From positions 1,504,001 through 1,568,000 of the forward strand of contig OZ244188.1 in assembly GCA_965216635.1 (NCBI GenBank): 64,000 nucleotides of DNA, written 5' to 3'. Both the position numbers and the translations under genes were made by a program. The DNA is from a bacterium. GTDB taxonomy: Bacteria; SAR324; XYD2-FULL-50-16; G965216635. Below, one piece after another: positions 62,701-64,000 of the stretch; the stretch's first letter is position 1; each line of letters starts with the position of its first letter. The notes below the pieces were generated by a model. The model worked only from the letters and a program-made list of their open reading frames with translations. It did not search any database and was not told the origin of the DNA.

Positions 62701-62968
62701 TAAAGACATTATGAAAAGAGAAGGATACAAATCCACAGAGCTAATTTTACCTGAACAACTAAAAGTTTATATTGCCGAAGAAAATTTAATAAAAGAAAAT
62801 TCAACCGAAGAAAATTTAACAAGAGAAAATCAAAAAAGCAGTAAGAGTATAACCCTTACTGAAGCCGCAATAGATCAAGAATATGGAATAGAAGTTTCTA
62901 GTTTTGATACAACCATCAATAAAATGAACGAAATAGAAAACGCAATTATTTGGGGAGAAGATGAGTGA
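59765..62968 (+). CDS. 16-TPR array fused to an AAA_15/ABC-type ATPase
   Basis: 34-aa AYxNRG...AIELNP repeats, then GKNNTGKT, SSSVRS, IVDEPELNLHP and ITTHSDY. Confidence 0.88.
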   Translation: MSKEAERYFNSGLEKAKQKNHTGAIADFDKTIELIDLIIEPNLNKNLAATYNNRGLAKYNLKQYKESIADFDKVIELNPKDTIAYAYRGDAKAELKQHKEAIADYNEAIELNPKDAIAYTCRGNVKAELKQYDEAIKDYNQAIELDPNNAPAYYNLGNIKAELKQYDKAIADFNKAIELNPKDAPAYNNRGVAKVKLKQYDEAIADYNKTIELNPKNASAYYNRGNVKAKLKQHKEAIADFDKAIELNPNLAEAHNNRGSAKVKLKQYYEAIVDYDKAIELNPKYESAYTNRGIAKAELKQYKEAITDIDKAIELNPKYADAYNNRGVAKAELKQYDKAIADYDKAIELDPKYALAYTNRGIAKAKLKQYDEAIADYNKTIELNLKDATAYYNRGNVKAKLKQYKEAIADFDEAIELNPNYAHAYNNRGIAKNDLKQHEEAIQDYNKAIELNPNYAPAYYNRGNAKFGLKQYKEAIADYDKAIELNPKYALAYYIRGLTYQELKEAEKAKKDFQTASELDPKYALAYYIRGLTYQELKEAEKAKKDFQTASELDPKFSKPSDNKDLKYIQQYINTIAPSQPQVDPILENTTSGTTSPSKIIAKIKLEELGVLRKTEFTLGDLTIICGKNNTGKTYASYSLYGFLFFWRELLKIQIPDSVIKDLQTKSVSRINIKEYLEKKDAILKEACAEYSAQISKIFAAHPSKFQKAKFSINLNKPELQVIEQTKKVGSEDIFSLSNKKNSEELVVSWLGNIQKNGFPMEAIKKDIEATLVSIIFTSAFPRAFFISTERTGAVIFRKELIYTLNQLIKKFAQGISINLDELLPHLSLNYTLPVERDIEFARELDTVTKKNSFIAASHPKIITEFEKNILGGSFIIVNDIIYFQPTGTTTKLMLNECSSSVRSLLDLSFYLKHESQKENLLIVDEPELNLHPENQRKVARLFARLINIGIQVFITTHSDYIIKELNTLIMLSKKEAYLKDIMKREGYKSTELILPEQLKVYIAEENLIKENSTEENLTRENQKSSKSITLTEAAIDQEYGIEVSSFDTTINKMNEIENAIIWGEDE

Positions 62969-63497
62969 TTTGAAAATATTAAAAGAGTTGATTCAAGCTA
63001 AAGCTACTGAACCACTTAGAGAAGAGTATCAACAATACAATGTTACACTTAAAGAGACAGAGGGAAAAAAATATTCTGTGATCATTAAAAATTTACCTAA
63101 GAATAGTATTGTTATAAAAGCAGAGAAATTCAAACCACCGAGTAGTATTTTTCAATCTACAAAAGGAGAATGTAGTAGAGCTGATTATGCTATTATTACT
63201 CAAAAAGACAACAAGAAATGGATTATTTTCATTGAAATGAAAGAGACAAAATTTAATGGTGTGACCCGTCAACTCAAAGGGGCTTTGTGTTTTATTTTGT
63301 ATTGCAAAGAAATCGGAAAAGTTTTTTGGGAGAAAGAAAATTTTTTAGAAGGCTATAAGCATCGTTTTATTGGTATCACAAAAATAAACTCTAATAAGCA
63401 ACCTACTAGAAACCCCACTTTTAAAACTCACTATAAACCCGAAGATTTTCGTAAAATCAAATGCGCAGAACACCTACATTTCAAAGAACTTGTATAG
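62961..63497 (+). CDS. Putative PD-(D/E)XK nuclease partner of the ATPase
   Basis: RADYAII...IFIEMK...QL pattern; 8-nt overlap with the ATPase gene. Confidence 0.65.
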   Translation: MSDLKILKELIQAKATEPLREEYQQYNVTLKETEGKKYSVIIKNLPKNSIVIKAEKFKPPSSIFQSTKGECSRADYAIITQKDNKKWIIFIEMKETKFNGVTRQLKGALCFILYCKEIGKVFWEKENFLEGYKHRFIGITKINSNKQPTRNPTFKTHYKPEDFRKIKCAEHLHFKELV

Positions 63498-63524
63498 CCT
63501 AAAATCCACTCTTAATGTAACCCA

Positions 63525-64000
63525 ATGGAATACATAAAATCCACACCCAATTCTTCCACCCCCAGATCTTCCACACCCAGAGAAGTATTAAATAAATCCT
63601 ATCTTAAAAAAGGAGTAAGCAGAGAAAAAATAGAAAATTTCAAACGCAATGCAAAAGAGCTACTCCAAAATATCAACACCCAAGAATCAGAAGAGCATAA
63701 CAAAAATCACATTTCAGATTTTCTAAAAAAAACCTACTACGAACCCCATTATTCTATCAACACTAAAAAAGCAACCGATTTAGTAATTCGCGAAGGGAAA
63801 AACAAGGACAGTGCTGTAGGAGTGATTATAGAAACCAAGCGACCCAGCAACGAGCGGGAGATGCCCCACAAAGACGGAGAGCAATACAATCTCAATGTGA
63901 AGGCTATGCACGAGCTAATGCTTTACTATATGCGAGAAAGAGAAAATAAACTTAACATAAAAAATCTGATTATAAGCGACGGCTACAAGTGGTTTATTTT
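63525..64000 (+). CDS. Type IIG restriction-modification enzyme, N-terminal part (runs off the window)
   Basis: Hand translation ...ESEEHNKNHISDFLKKTYY...DLVI...GVIIETKRP...KAMHELMLYYMRER...WFI. Confidence 0.8.
   Translation, partial: MEYIKSTPNSSTPRSSTPREVLNKSYLKKGVSREKIENFKRNAKELLQNINTQESEEHNKNHISDFLKKTYYEPHYSINTKKATDLVIREGKNKDSAVGVIIETKRPSNEREMPHKDGEQYNLNVKAMHELMLYYMRERENKLNIKNLIISDGYKWFI

Overview
AT-rich chromosomal window from a Gram-negative bacterium (lpxD, lipid A acyltransferase, beta-barrel proteins). Its taxonomy cannot be fixed from sequence alone. The backbone is housekeeping: coaE, purA, rpmG, ispB, ribD, class III fbp, lpxD, tRNA-Ala(GGC), purH, rnpB, sdaA, cysS, rluD, ridA, sucA/sucB, lepA, ilvH and ispE. 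Single accessory genes are dropped into it. These include two paralogous DNA methyltransferase-GIY-YIG fusions, an N4-C methyltransferase, a Menshen-like three-gene defence operon, a Panacea/YafQ toxin-antitoxin pair, an orphan HicB and a ParA inside sucAB. At the right end a 16-TPR/ABC-ATPase fusion with a PD-(D/E)XK partner precedes a type IIG R-M gene. The window shows duplication at three scales: (1) in-frame 12-15 bp tandem repeats inside many core genes; (2) 60-220 bp direct repeats of promoter/start regions that bracket inserted DNA; (3) whole-gene tandem arrays of variable-length coiled-coil proteins. It also has a MITE-like palindromic family with ATAGACCTTTGAATT ends, two mosaic outer-membrane proteins, a PrpE/Acs-AcuI fusion and a frameshifted LmtA-like gene. 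All family assignments come from motif recognition by eye; no database search was run.
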